Assembly (NCBI GenBank): GCA_964568275.1
Contig: CAZMRP010000003.1
Location: 1-59,248, forward strand
Origin: an uncultured Myxococcales bacterium
Lineage (GTDB): Bacteria > Myxococcota_A > Polyangia > DRWM01 > JAAZOP01
Length of the DNA: 59,248 nt
Direction of reading: 5' to 3'
Every line of letters begins with the position of its first letter. Within the stretch, counting starts at the first letter, position 1. This document shows positions 34,553 through 43,009 of this stretch, piece after piece. The notes below the pieces were generated by a model. The model had not been told where the DNA came from. It was given only the letters and a program-made list of their open reading frames with translations, and searched no databases. Made by a program: the position numbers and the translations under genes.

Positions 34553-34640
34553 GCGGGACTCCTCGAATTCGCCAATGGTTCCAAGGGGTCATGTTGCCTT
34601 GCCAAGGTGGACGTCGCGGGTTCAAATCCCGTCTCCCGCT
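34553..34640 (+). other. tRNA-like fragment (canonical T-arm and acceptor 3' strand; 5' two-thirds do not fold canonically); probable integrase att core
   Basis: GCGGG-TTCAAAT-CCCGT T-arm followed by CTCCCGC-T. The upstream GCGGGAC at 34553 gives 6 of 7 acceptor pairs, with U8 present. I could not draw a canonical D-arm or a 7-nt anticodon loop. The position next to a tyrosine integrase fits a tRNA-derived att site. Confidence 0.45.
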
Positions 34641-34990
34641 CTCCGGAAAGCTAAAAAGAATCGACTCGTTGGACGGTGTGGTTCCTCGACCACACGTCGC
34701 CGGATTCGAGTTTCAGACTCCATTTCGGACTCCACCACTCCCGAAACGGCCTCCGTGCCGATGGATCCGCGATCCCAACCTCGCCCCAATTGAGGTCTTC
34801 AGGGGTCGTCGCCGACGAGGTCGGAGCGACGGTGCTCGTCGTCCTGCTCGCGCTCGATCACGATCAACTGGATGAGGCGGAGCGGCGCTTGACCGTCCGC
34901 CAACCCGCCCGGTCCGAGCTCTCGTGCAGGACCGAGCGGGCGGCGGAAGGCGGGACAAGGTCGGCGTGCGGCGCCGACGAGGCCGCTGAG

Positions 34991-36172
34991 CTACTTCTTG
35001 ACCGGGTCGGCCTCGGGCACGACGAGGCGTGCGAGCCGGTTGACGGCGGCGAGCTTCTCCTCCTTGGTGACGTTCGAGTAGTGCTCGGTCATCTTGTCGG
35101 AGCTGTGCCCGATGGTGGCGTGCAACACGGCGCGGTCGACGTGCTCCTGCCGCAGCAGGTTGTTGTAGGTCCGCCGCATGCCGTGCGGCGTGAAGCGCAT
35201 CGCAATCTGCGCCGCCTTCAGGATCCGCACGAACGGCTTCTTCAGGTACGACGCGCGATGGCAGCGTCCCTTGCCGCTGGGGAACACCCAGGCGCCGCCC
35301 ATCACCGGCAGCTTCCGGTCCACGAGGCTCGTCCGGTGGGCCCGGAGCGCATCGAGGATGATCGGGTGCAGCGCGGCCGATCGCGTCTTCCCGGTCTTGG
35401 GCGTCGTGATGCGGTTCCGCCAGACGGACTGCCGGATGTGGATGAGCCCCTCGGCTTCCGAGATGTCCTTCCACCGCAACGCGGCGAGTTCGCCGAACCG
35501 CATGCCGGTGAAGAAGCCCAGGACGCAGATGGCGTACACCTCGGGCTTCTCGTTCGCCGCCGCGTCCAGGAAACGCCGCAGCTGCTCGGCCGTGAGGGAG
35601 TTCGGCTCGTCCTCCGTCACGCGCGTCGGCTCGCTCGCGAGCGCCTTCACGCCCGTGGTCGGATCGCGTTCGAGCTCGAGGTCACCGACGGCGTCGCGGA
35701 TCAGGGACTTGATGATCCGCAGCCACGCGTTCACGGTGGCGTGCGCGCGGACGCGGCAGCGCTTGTCGCGGCTTCGGGCTGCCCACGACAGCCAGGCTTT
35801 GATGTCGGTCCTCCCGATCTCGTCCACGTACTTGCTGCCCAGGACGGGCAGGATCGCGTGCTCAAGCGCGTCGAGGTACCTGGCCTGCGTGGACGGCTTC
35901 ATCCCCTGCAGCTTCTTCTGCTCGAGCCAGGACCGCGCGTAGTCCGTAAGGGTCTGCCGGGTCGGCGATGCCGGCGCTGCCGGTGTTCCGGAGTGCAGGA
36001 GTTCCTCGCGCAGACCCTCCAGCAAGCCGAGGGCGTCCCGGACGTTTGCCGCTTCGACGACCCGCCGGATCGCGCGCCGCTTGTCCGAAACGGGGTAGCG
36101 GGTCTGCACCCGCAGTTCGAATAGCCCGGGTCCGAGCTGCCGGATTCCCGGGACCTGGACCTTCCGAGGCAT
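34991..36172 (-). CDS. tyrosine-type site-specific recombinase (phage integrase family)
   Basis: Catalytic blocks FFTGMRFGELAAL (Arg I), FTPHGMRRTYNN (HxxR) and HSSDKMTEHYSNV (Tyr). N-terminal SAM-like or arm-binding region. Confidence 0.9.
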   Translation of the reverse strand: MPRKVQVPGIRQLGPGLFELRVQTRYPVSDKRRAIRRVVEAANVRDALGLLEGLREELLHSGTPAAPASPTRQTLTDYARSWLEQKKLQGMKPSTQARYLDALEHAILPVLGSKYVDEIGRTDIKAWLSWAARSRDKRCRVRAHATVNAWLRIIKSLIRDAVGDLELERDPTTGVKALASEPTRVTEDEPNSLTAEQLRRFLDAAANEKPEVYAICVLGFFTGMRFGELAALRWKDISEAEGLIHIRQSVWRNRITTPKTGKTRSAALHPIILDALRAHRTSLVDRKLPVMGGAWVFPSGKGRCHRASYLKKPFVRILKAAQIAMRFTPHGMRRTYNNLLRQEHVDRAVLHATIGHSSDKMTEHYSNVTKEEKLAAVNRLARLVVPEADPVKK

Positions 36173-36500
36173 GGTTCGACTTGACCTCCATCATCTGCTC
36201 GGCGGGCAGGGAAACCTGCGCCGCCTGGGTCTGAGCGGGGTCGCCCCCCGCGGCGTCGACGCCGACGCCCCGCAGGAGAAACTCGTCGAGATCGTCGCGA
36301 TGGAACATCAGCCGCCCGCCGCGCCGGCCCCGTGCGTGCAGATGGTCGCGAACGACGAGCATCCGGACGGCTGAAGCGGATCGGTAGCGGAGGTAGGCGG
36401 CGGCATCCTCGCAGGTGAGCCAGGGCGACGTCGTCGGGGTCGGTGCTGGCGCAGACGCCGCCAGCGCCGCCCTCCCACCCTGCCGGCCCGAAGGCGCCAC
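35862..36500 (-). CDS. excisionase-like HTH ORF whose frame stays open about 310 nt into the integrase gene
   Basis: HTH-like segment LTCEDAAAYLRYRSASAVRMLVVRDHLHARGRRGGRLMFHRDDLDEFL is encoded at about 36.2-36.4 kb. The C-terminal part overlaps int and is Arg-rich, so the true extent is uncertain. Confidence 0.4.
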   Translation of the reverse strand: MAPSGRQGGRAALAASAPAPTPTTSPWLTCEDAAAYLRYRSASAVRMLVVRDHLHARGRRGGRLMFHRDDLDEFLLRGVGVDAAGGDPAQTQAAQVSLPAEQMMEVKSNHASEGPGPGNPAARTRAIRTAGADPLPRFGQAARDPAGRRSGKRPGRPRLAGGSARGTPALRNTGSAGIADPADPYGLRAVLARAEEAAGDEAVHAGQVPRRA

Positions 36501-36506
36501 CGCTCG

Positions 36507-38114
36507 CTACGCCTCCCCCCGCGATCCGGGCGGGAGCAGTCCCCGGACCACTGCCCCATCACCACCGAAACCGGGCCGCCGGCCGTTGCCGCCGCTCCCG
36601 CGGCGCGGGACGCCCGGGACACCTGGGACACCTTGTTCGTCGGTGTTGTGCGTGTCGGCCAGGAAGGCCCGGATCGACACCAAGCGCTCGTGCCTCGGAT
36701 GCGCCCCGCGGAATCGATCCACCCGGATGCCGACTCTGGCCAAGACGGGCCCGAGGATGGAGAGGCGCATCCCGAGAGCATCCTCGGACAGCGGCCAGTC
36801 GCGACGGTCATGCGGGTCTGCATGAGCGGCCAGCACTCCCAGGAGTTGCAGGCACGTGCCGGCCCAGTCGCCCGCGGCGGCCAGCTTGCGGATCGCGTTG
36901 GCGACCGGGTCAGCCAGGACGGCGTCATCGGCGACCGACGCCATGTTCCTCCGGTACGCCTCCACGAAACGCCCCGGGGCGTGCCCGAGGGCGATGGCGA
37001 CCGCCTCGCCCCATTGCGCGAAATCGACCAGCCGGAACTCGTCCGGCACCGGCACCGAGGGCAGCACTTGGATCGCGCCAGCAACGAGATCCAGCAGGGC
37101 TCCCAGGATCCAGGGAGCCGCCTGCTCGAACGTCTCCAGAACCTCGCGCTCGAGTCGGCGCCGGCGGGGCCGGTCGAGTCTGAGCCGCAGGCACCGGTCG
37201 AGGAAGTCGACCGCCTTCGACGGAATCGGGACCGCCGTCATGATGACGGAGCGTTGCAGCCGCAGGAAGATCGAGTCCTCGTCGGTGCGCAACTTCCGCT
37301 TGGGGAACACGCCGCCGGTCGCCGCCTTGCAAAGCAGGTCCGTCTCCCGCTGGGTCAGGTGGGAGATGTTGTCCAACGGGACGATCGCGCTCTGGTCGAG
37401 AACCTGGGCGAGTTCGGCGCGGCGGCGCGGTGCCTCGATTGCCCCGAGGATCGAAGGGTCGAGCGTCCGACGAAGGACCACCGCCGCAGTGGTCTTCGCG
37501 CTGCCCGGCGGCCCCACCAGAAGCAAGATGGGGTGCACGGTGTCGGGGAACGCGCACCACGCCAGCCATGCCAGGGCAAGGAGCCGATCATCGTCGCCGG
37601 CGAGGTTGAGCAGGTCGAGCAGCAGGTCGACGCGGCCGCCCCGCACCGGCAAGGGCAGGGGCAGCTGGTGCTGCAGGTGGCGGAACCCGACGGGCGAGTG
37701 CGAGGTGACGCGCCAACCCGAGGCATCGACACGGATGACGTGACCGCCGCCGGTGTCGATCCAGAGCGCTTCGTTCGCGAGCGCGAACCGGTTGTACAGG
37801 ATGCGCCTCTCGCCGCGGACGGCCATCGCGCCGAGGAGGTCCAGCACGCGCCGCACGTCGGCAGGTCGGGGCGCGCGTCGATAGAGGTCATGGCCGAGGC
37901 CGACAAGGTGGTGCCGGAGGCGCTTGCTCTCGAGCGGCAGAGTCTCGAAGCCTTGCGGCGTCGGAACCCTGACTAGGCAGTTGCCGCGATCGTCGCAGAA
38001 CGCGTCTCCGCCCGCACTGAGGATCGCGTTGACGAGCAGCGTCGCCGCGTCCACATCCTCGGGAAGCGGAGGCGCGGCAGGCTGCGGCTCGGGCGGCGGC
38101 GCCTCGTCAGGCAT
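36507..38114 (-). CDS. SF3 (D5/P4-type) helicase-like ATPase
   Basis: Walker A LLVGPPGSAKTT and Walker B-like AIVPLDNISH, followed by DLLCKAATGGVFPKRKLRTDEDSIFLRLQRSVIMTAV, typical of P4/D5 C-terminal helicases. GAGGAG RBS 7 nt before ATG 38114. Confidence 0.72.
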   Translation of the reverse strand: MPDEAPPPEPQPAAPPLPEDVDAATLLVNAILSAGGDAFCDDRGNCLVRVPTPQGFETLPLESKRLRHHLVGLGHDLYRRAPRPADVRRVLDLLGAMAVRGERRILYNRFALANEALWIDTGGGHVIRVDASGWRVTSHSPVGFRHLQHQLPLPLPVRGGRVDLLLDLLNLAGDDDRLLALAWLAWCAFPDTVHPILLLVGPPGSAKTTAAVVLRRTLDPSILGAIEAPRRRAELAQVLDQSAIVPLDNISHLTQRETDLLCKAATGGVFPKRKLRTDEDSIFLRLQRSVIMTAVPIPSKAVDFLDRCLRLRLDRPRRRRLEREVLETFEQAAPWILGALLDLVAGAIQVLPSVPVPDEFRLVDFAQWGEAVAIALGHAPGRFVEAYRRNMASVADDAVLADPVANAIRKLAAAGDWAGTCLQLLGVLAAHADPHDRRDWPLSEDALGMRLSILGPVLARVGIRVDRFRGAHPRHERLVSIRAFLADTHNTDEQGVPGVPGVPRRGSGGNGRRPGFGGDGAVVRGLLPPGSRGEA

Positions 38115-38628
38115 CGTCCGGCTCCTCGGGAGGAGAACTCCGCCCCGCCGGCCGGCCAGCGCCCAGCAGGAGCGGCGACGAGCGCCGCCCGGGCATCGCG
38201 CGCAAGGGCGGGTCCGCCGGAAGTTCCGGCACGGACCGAGGCCCACCACCAAGCACAGGTCGGAGCCGGGCCGAAACCAGGTCAGGCAGAGCGTGGCCGA
38301 GCTGTTCCCGCGCCTGCTGGACGCATCGACCGTCCCAACCCCGAGAGCCATCCTCCCAGCCCGACGACAACGGCGCCGCGATGGGGGACGGGCCTGCACC
38401 GGGTTCTCCTTCGACCTGACGCTGCAGGTCGCTGTCGCCGTACCCGTCGCGATCCTCTCCCTGCCGTCGAGGGTAGATGGGCTCGGGACCCAGGCTGCCG
38501 CGCTCGACCGGGCGGATGGCGAGAGGTCCGGCCGGCCGATCGTCGTGGTAGGCGGCGGGCAGCGGGTCGGCCGCCGGCAGGTCGCGCTTCTGGACCTCGG
38601 TCTTGGTCTGCTTGTTGTTGCCCGCCAT
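38107..38628 (-). CDS. hypothetical protein (173 aa)
   Basis: AGGAGG RBS. Its ATG overlaps the TGA of the ParB-like gene (TGATG), and its 3' end overlaps the helicase start by 8 nt. The composition is low-complexity. Confidence 0.5.
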   Translation of the reverse strand: MAGNNKQTKTEVQKRDLPAADPLPAAYHDDRPAGPLAIRPVERGSLGPEPIYPRRQGEDRDGYGDSDLQRQVEGEPGAGPSPIAAPLSSGWEDGSRGWDGRCVQQAREQLGHALPDLVSARLRPVLGGGPRSVPELPADPPLRAMPGRRSSPLLLGAGRPAGRSSPPEEPDDA

Positions 38629-40058
38629 CACCGCCTCCTGCCGGAGGCCGGCTTCTTCTGCGGTCCCGGTTTGGTCGTCGCCGGCACGAGCGCGGCGCCG
38701 ACCTTCTCCAGGATCTCGGCCGCCTTCACCAACCGGTCGCGCAGGCGCGTGCGCTCCGGCAGTCCCACCTTGGCGACGACCTCAGCCTGGCAACGCCACA
38801 CCACGTTGAGCGGCCCGTTGAAGGCGTCGAGAGCGGCCACCAGCTCGCGGACGACCGCCCTGGGCGACGAGACCGGCGGGGTGGGCGGGGACGGCGATGC
38901 CGTGTGCGCCTGACCCTGGGCCTCCCGAACGGCCTGACGCGTTTGGTCCCGGGTCTTCCCCTTGACCTTCGCCAGCACCGCCTCCTGCTTGTCCTTCGGC
39001 AGCTTCGCCAGTTCGTCGACCTGGGCCGGCGACACCTCCGAGCACTCGTACGCCGCGGCCACATTCGGGCTGGCCTTCTCCGAGCGGGCAAGGCTGCGCT
39101 GGACGTTTCGCTTGCTCTCGCCGGTGGCCCTCGCGGTCTCCGAGACGAACGAGTCAACCTGCGACGCCGCGTCGCAGGTTCCCTTCCTCTTCGCCGCCGA
39201 CTTCTTGCCGGCGGCGCTCAGGACGCCGGTACCCACGGCCTCCGGGTGCCGCTGCTCCCAGAGCGTCTTTCGGCGGCGAATGAGCTCGTCCCGTTCCGCT
39301 GGCAACGGGTCGACCCGCCGCAGGTTCTCGTCGATCCGGACCATTTCCGCGAGCCAGTCGTACTCGGGCCCCTCCGGGATGACGGTCGCGGTGATCTCCT
39401 TGAGGCCGGCACGCCGGTCCGCCTCGACGCGTCCCGCCCCAGCGATGACCGCGTAGCGCTTGCCGCGCTGCCGGAGAACCGGCGGGTGGATCGGGATCGT
39501 GTCCTTCCTGCTGGCGGCGAGGTCCACGAGTTGCTGTTCCGTGTGGCGGACAGCGGCGGGTTCGATCGCGTCCATGCCGACCGTCCGGACCTCGACGGCC
39601 GGCGCACCCGCCTTCGGCTGCTTGGGACTCGGGCCAGTACGGCTCGCAGGAGAGGACTGGTCGGTGGCACTGGGGCCACCTCGGACTGTCACCATGGAAC
39701 CGCCCGGCAACGACATCGTGCGCGCGTCGTTCGAGACGGTGTCAGCGGCGACCTTGCAGGCATTCGGCGTCGGCGGCTGCGCCACGCCGCCGACGATTCG
39801 ACTGTCGGTCGTGCAGCCCATGGCCTCGCGGAAACGGCGAGTCGAGTCCTCGACTGCCTGTCGAGATTCGTCCTGTCGAACGCTCTCGGTGTCCGGCGGC
39901 CTGCAAGTGGCCGGCAGCTCTGCGGTCGGCGCGTCCTCCGGACGTGCACGGCCCGCTCCACCGGCTCGCGCGCCCGGTTCAACAGTCGGGGTCGTGCCCA
40001 GGTTGAGAACCGGTGGATCGGGCAGCCCGTGCTTCTTCGTATCCGTCTCGTGCCCCAT
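38628..40058 (-). CDS. ParB/Sulfiredoxin-like nuclease-domain protein with a long disordered N-terminus
   Basis: ParB N-terminal box IPIHPPVLRQRGKRYAVIAGAGRVEADRRAGLKEITATVI. GGAGGAGG RBS. Confidence 0.75.
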   Translation of the reverse strand: MGHETDTKKHGLPDPPVLNLGTTPTVEPGARAGGAGRARPEDAPTAELPATCRPPDTESVRQDESRQAVEDSTRRFREAMGCTTDSRIVGGVAQPPTPNACKVAADTVSNDARTMSLPGGSMVTVRGGPSATDQSSPASRTGPSPKQPKAGAPAVEVRTVGMDAIEPAAVRHTEQQLVDLAASRKDTIPIHPPVLRQRGKRYAVIAGAGRVEADRRAGLKEITATVIPEGPEYDWLAEMVRIDENLRRVDPLPAERDELIRRRKTLWEQRHPEAVGTGVLSAAGKKSAAKRKGTCDAASQVDSFVSETARATGESKRNVQRSLARSEKASPNVAAAYECSEVSPAQVDELAKLPKDKQEAVLAKVKGKTRDQTRQAVREAQGQAHTASPSPPTPPVSSPRAVVRELVAALDAFNGPLNVVWRCQAEVVAKVGLPERTRLRDRLVKAAEILEKVGAALVPATTKPGPQKKPASGRRR

Positions 40059-40109
40059 CTCGACCTCCTCCGGCCTGGGCGTTTCCCAGGCTGTTGGGGT
40101 CGAGCTTCG

Positions 40110-40146
40110 GGCCGAGTGATCTATTTTTCACGGAAGTAACTCGGCC
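40110..40146. promoter_or_regulatory. 8-bp inverted repeat GGCCGAGT/ACTCGGCC around a 21-nt AT-rich core, upstream of the ParB-like gene
   Basis: Read directly. This is the only AT-rich patch in the 119-nt gap between the 423-aa ORF and the ParB-like gene. Confidence 0.35.
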
Positions 40147-40177
40147 GATAGCGGGGAGTCAGCGGACGAAGCGGCGG

Positions 40178-41449
40178 CTACTTGGACGGGCGGGCGTAGA
40201 CGTCGAACCAGTCGAGCAGTCGGAACAGCCCCGTTCTGCGCAGGGCGTCCGGGGGCTCGACGAGGTCAAGCTCGTGCCGCAGGATCGAGAACCTGCGCTG
40301 CGCCGCCTGGACGACATCCGCGTGCAGGCGGGATCGCCCGCCTCGTGCACTCGGCGCTTGCGGAAGTCCAGCCGCGGCCTTCGAGGATGGCGCACCGGCG
40401 AAGCCGGTCGTACTCGATTGCGTCTGCTGGCCGTACTCCTGCTGGTACGCCGCGGGTCGGAGCGCCCGCGCCAGCTTCACCACGAACACCGCCCGGGTCT
40501 TCGGCGGCCGGCACAGAGGGTCGCGGTAGCAGTCGTGGAACACCTGGAGGACGAGGAAGTTGTCGTCGACCTCGGGTGGACGATGTGCCGGGTTCGCGTC
40601 GAACGGCAACGGCGTACGGCCTCGGAGCCTGTCTTCAATCTCCGCCATTCTCTCGGGCGATGGCGTCGGCGGCACGGCGACGGGGACGCCCGCTGCGACC
40701 CGCCTCTTCGCCCGGCGGAGCGCACCTCGCCACCGCCGGCCGTCGAGGGCTGCCTCGGCGTGCCTCCGCGTCGCGTCGGGCGGGACCACGGGGTTGCCGT
40801 GCAGCCACGGGAACTGGTTGAGCACGTGGTCGGCATACTTCGGGCTCCGCCAGAGGAGGACCGCGTTGACGTTGCCGCAGACCCGAACGATCCGATTGAA
40901 CGACTGCTCCCCTAGAAGTGCCGCCAGCCGAACCGGAGCCTGGAGTCGCGGATCGCGGTTGCCAGGGCCGGGCCGCCCGCCGCCCGGAAGGCCCAGCCGG
41001 CGGAGCGATGCCTGGAAGAAGCCCGGCGCCAGATACCGGAGCGCAAGCGAGCGCGCCGTGATCCTGCGCGTGATGCTGGAGGTCCCGGTGGCGCGCGCAA
41101 TCCCGAACAGCAGGGAGACCGCCTCGTCGCAGTTCCACCGGCAGATGTAGCGACGCACGTCGGAATCCTGAAGCAGCTTCCTCTCGGCCTTCGCCGTCTT
41201 CTTCTCGAGGTGTCGCCAGAGGTGGGGGCCGTAGACCGAGAGGACGTCTTCGAACCGCCCGCAGATCTCGGGCGGACCCGCCCGCGCCGCCCGCAGGATC
41301 CGGCTCCAGCACTGATTCGACCCACCGCACGTCCACGAGACCTGGGCAGGCCACGCAGCCGGCCCCGGCTGGACTTGACCTGCGGGGGGCTGTCCGCGTG
41401 CTGGCGTTGGAGGCGCGGTGCCGCGTCGATGGTGCAACGGCCTGCTCAC
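40178..41449 (-). CDS. hypothetical protein (up to 423 aa; start uncertain)
   Basis: Long ORF co-directional with its neighbours and partly protein-like (ICGRFEDVLSVYGPHLWRHLEKKTAKAERKLL...). No RBS at GTG 41449. I recognise no motif. Confidence 0.45.
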   Translation of the reverse strand: MSRPLHHRRGTAPPTPARGQPPAGQVQPGPAAWPAQVSWTCGGSNQCWSRILRAARAGPPEICGRFEDVLSVYGPHLWRHLEKKTAKAERKLLQDSDVRRYICRWNCDEAVSLLFGIARATGTSSITRRITARSLALRYLAPGFFQASLRRLGLPGGGRPGPGNRDPRLQAPVRLAALLGEQSFNRIVRVCGNVNAVLLWRSPKYADHVLNQFPWLHGNPVVPPDATRRHAEAALDGRRWRGALRRAKRRVAAGVPVAVPPTPSPERMAEIEDRLRGRTPLPFDANPAHRPPEVDDNFLVLQVFHDCYRDPLCRPPKTRAVFVVKLARALRPAAYQQEYGQQTQSSTTGFAGAPSSKAAAGLPQAPSARGGRSRLHADVVQAAQRRFSILRHELDLVEPPDALRRTGLFRLLDWFDVYARPSK

Positions 41450-41501
41450 GATGCAGATTGTACGGCCGGGATCCGTCCGGTGGGAAGCGCCCCATCTCGC
41501 G

Positions 41502-41822
41502 CTACCGCCGCAGGAGTCGATCCCACGGCATCACGTAGTGCCCCGCATCGAGCAACCTGAGGACCGCGAGCAGATACTCGTCGCGCACGTCGGACGACAT
41601 CACGTGGAGGTACCGGTCGAGCATCCGCTCGATCTCGTCGACCGCCACCATCCGCAGGTCGTGGGAGACTTCGACCGCGCGGACGGCGGCGCCGATGTTC
41701 GCCCGGGTCCTTGCGCCGTCCACCAGGATCTGTGTGCAGGCCGGGAGCGCGTCGGCGAGAGCGAAACCAAGCGCGGACGCTACGCCGGCGGGAGCTGTCA
41801 GGTCGGACCTGGACCCAGGCAT
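41502..41822 (-). CDS. hypothetical protein (106 aa)
   Basis: Co-directional ORF with balanced composition, 7 nt after the upstream stop. Confidence 0.5.
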   Translation of the reverse strand: MPGSRSDLTAPAGVASALGFALADALPACTQILVDGARTRANIGAAVRAVEVSHDLRMVAVDEIERMLDRYLHVMSSDVRDEYLLAVLRLLDAGHYVMPWDRLLRR

Positions 41823-41829
41823 GGCCGCG

Positions 41830-42063
41830 TCACGTCGTCAGCCGGCGGCGGTAGGCGTCTCGCGCCTCCGGCCCCATCATCCCAGCGTAGCGGTCGTACA
41901 CTGTCCACAACCTGGAGTCCGCCTCCCGTCGCAGCCCGGCGACGCGCTGCTGCGCCCGGGCCACGGCACGATCCGTCGCGTCGGCGTCGGCCATCGTGAT
42001 CGCCGACATGCTCAGGCCGGTGCCCAGGCCGAGCAGGAATCGCCCCAGCGCTTCGAACAGCAT
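41830..42063 (-). CDS. hypothetical small protein (77 aa)
   Basis: Co-directional ORF. The upstream gene's TGA is followed by 1 nt and then the ATG. Confidence 0.45.
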   Translation of the reverse strand: MLFEALGRFLLGLGTGLSMSAITMADADATDRAVARAQQRVAGLRREADSRLWTVYDRYAGMMGPEARDAYRRRLTT

Positions 42064-42064
42064 C

Positions 42065-42478
42065 TCAACCTCTCCTCCCGTCCGCCTGTCGTGCGCCGCA
42101 ACGCACCGACTCGACGAACGCCTTGCGCATCTCGTTTCCCGCCGCGCCGAGCACGGTGCCGCACGACGCGAGGAACTCGTGGAAGAACTCCTCCCGTTCC
42201 TCGATGGTCATCGTCTCGGCGATCTGCCGAAACCTCCGTTCGATCTCTCGCCCATCATCAAGCGCGGAGCCGAACGCTCGCCGCACTTCGGCGATGCGGC
42301 GCTCGAGCAGCATGTTCCGCCGCCACGGCACGTTCGCCTCGGCGTGCCGTGCGACGAGCGCGACCAGGATGCGGGCGGCCATCTTGCGCCTGCGGTTGGC
42401 CGCGGCGAGCCCGACGGGCGCCAGCGCCTCCATTGGCGCAGCCGCTGACCCGCCGGCCGAGCGTCTCTCGACTTCCAT
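42065..42478 (-). CDS. hypothetical protein (137 aa)
   Basis: The C-terminal 137 codons of a longer ORF are protein-like (TIEEREEFFHEFLASCGTVLGAAGNEMRKAF). The upstream part overlaps radC and was rejected. Confidence 0.55.
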   Translation of the reverse strand: MEVERRSAGGSAAAPMEALAPVGLAAANRRRKMAARILVALVARHAEANVPWRRNMLLERRIAEVRRAFGSALDDGREIERRFRQIAETMTIEEREEFFHEFLASCGTVLGAAGNEMRKAFVESVRCGARQADGRRG

Positions 42479-42498
42479 CCGGTCCAGGGCGAGCCGCG

Positions 42499-42933
42499 TC
42501 ACGGAAGCGCCCCGGCGTCGCGGAACGAGTAGTAGCCGTCCTTGCCGACGACCAAGTGGTCGAGCACGGGGATGCCGAGGAGCTGGCCGGCGCGGGCGAG
42601 GCGATCCGTCAGGTCCCTGTCCTCGATGCTCGGGTCGACGCATCCGCTCGGATGGGAATGCAGGAGAATCGCCGCGGCCGCCCGGTCGCGGATGAGCGGC
42701 GCGAAGACCTCGCGCGGATGGATGATGCAGGACGAGAGCGACCCGACGGCCACCAGGTGGCGACGCAGGATCCGGTTCCGGGCGTCCAGCGCGACGACGC
42801 AGAAGCGTTCCTGGCGGCTGCGGGCGAGCGCGGCGCCCATCAGGGCGAACGCCTCGGCCGAACAGCGAAGCGATGGCGGCGACGGTTCGGCCGGCAGGGC
42901 CTCCCCGCACCGCGGACAGTTGGTCACGATCAT
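42499..42933 (-). CDS. radC: RadC-like JAB/JAMM domain protein with an N-terminal CxxC
   Basis: JAMM motif AILLHSHPSGCVDPSIEDRDLTDRL and LGIPVLDHLVVG. Confidence 0.85.
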   Translation of the reverse strand: MIVTNCPRCGEALPAEPSPPSLRCSAEAFALMGAALARSRQERFCVVALDARNRILRRHLVAVGSLSSCIIHPREVFAPLIRDRAAAAILLHSHPSGCVDPSIEDRDLTDRLARAGQLLGIPVLDHLVVGKDGYYSFRDAGALP

Positions 42934-43009
42934 GTTTCCTCTCGAGGCGGGGCCCAGGCCGGTCGGAAGGACGCGACCCGGGCCCGACGCAGATGGAGAG
43001 AGTCGGCGG

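Noticed and set aside
34553-34640. Calling this an intact tRNA (Leu, Ser or Met considered) or the 3' end of a tmRNA
   Set aside because: No canonical D-arm or 7-nt anticodon loop could be drawn, and the 7th acceptor pair is a C-C mismatch. A tmRNA would need its 5' part about 350 nt upstream, which is inside hsdS. It is kept only as a tRNA-like fragment.
34381-34990. CRISPR array, retron ncRNA or toxin-antitoxin locus in the hsdS-int gap
   Set aside because: The repeats are only 10 nt with no spacers. There is no reverse transcriptase or Cas gene in the window. No paired small ORFs are present.
42065-42910. 281-aa ORF overlapping radC
   Set aside because: Only the last 137 codons, downstream of the radC stop, look coding. 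The remainder is an alternative frame of radC.
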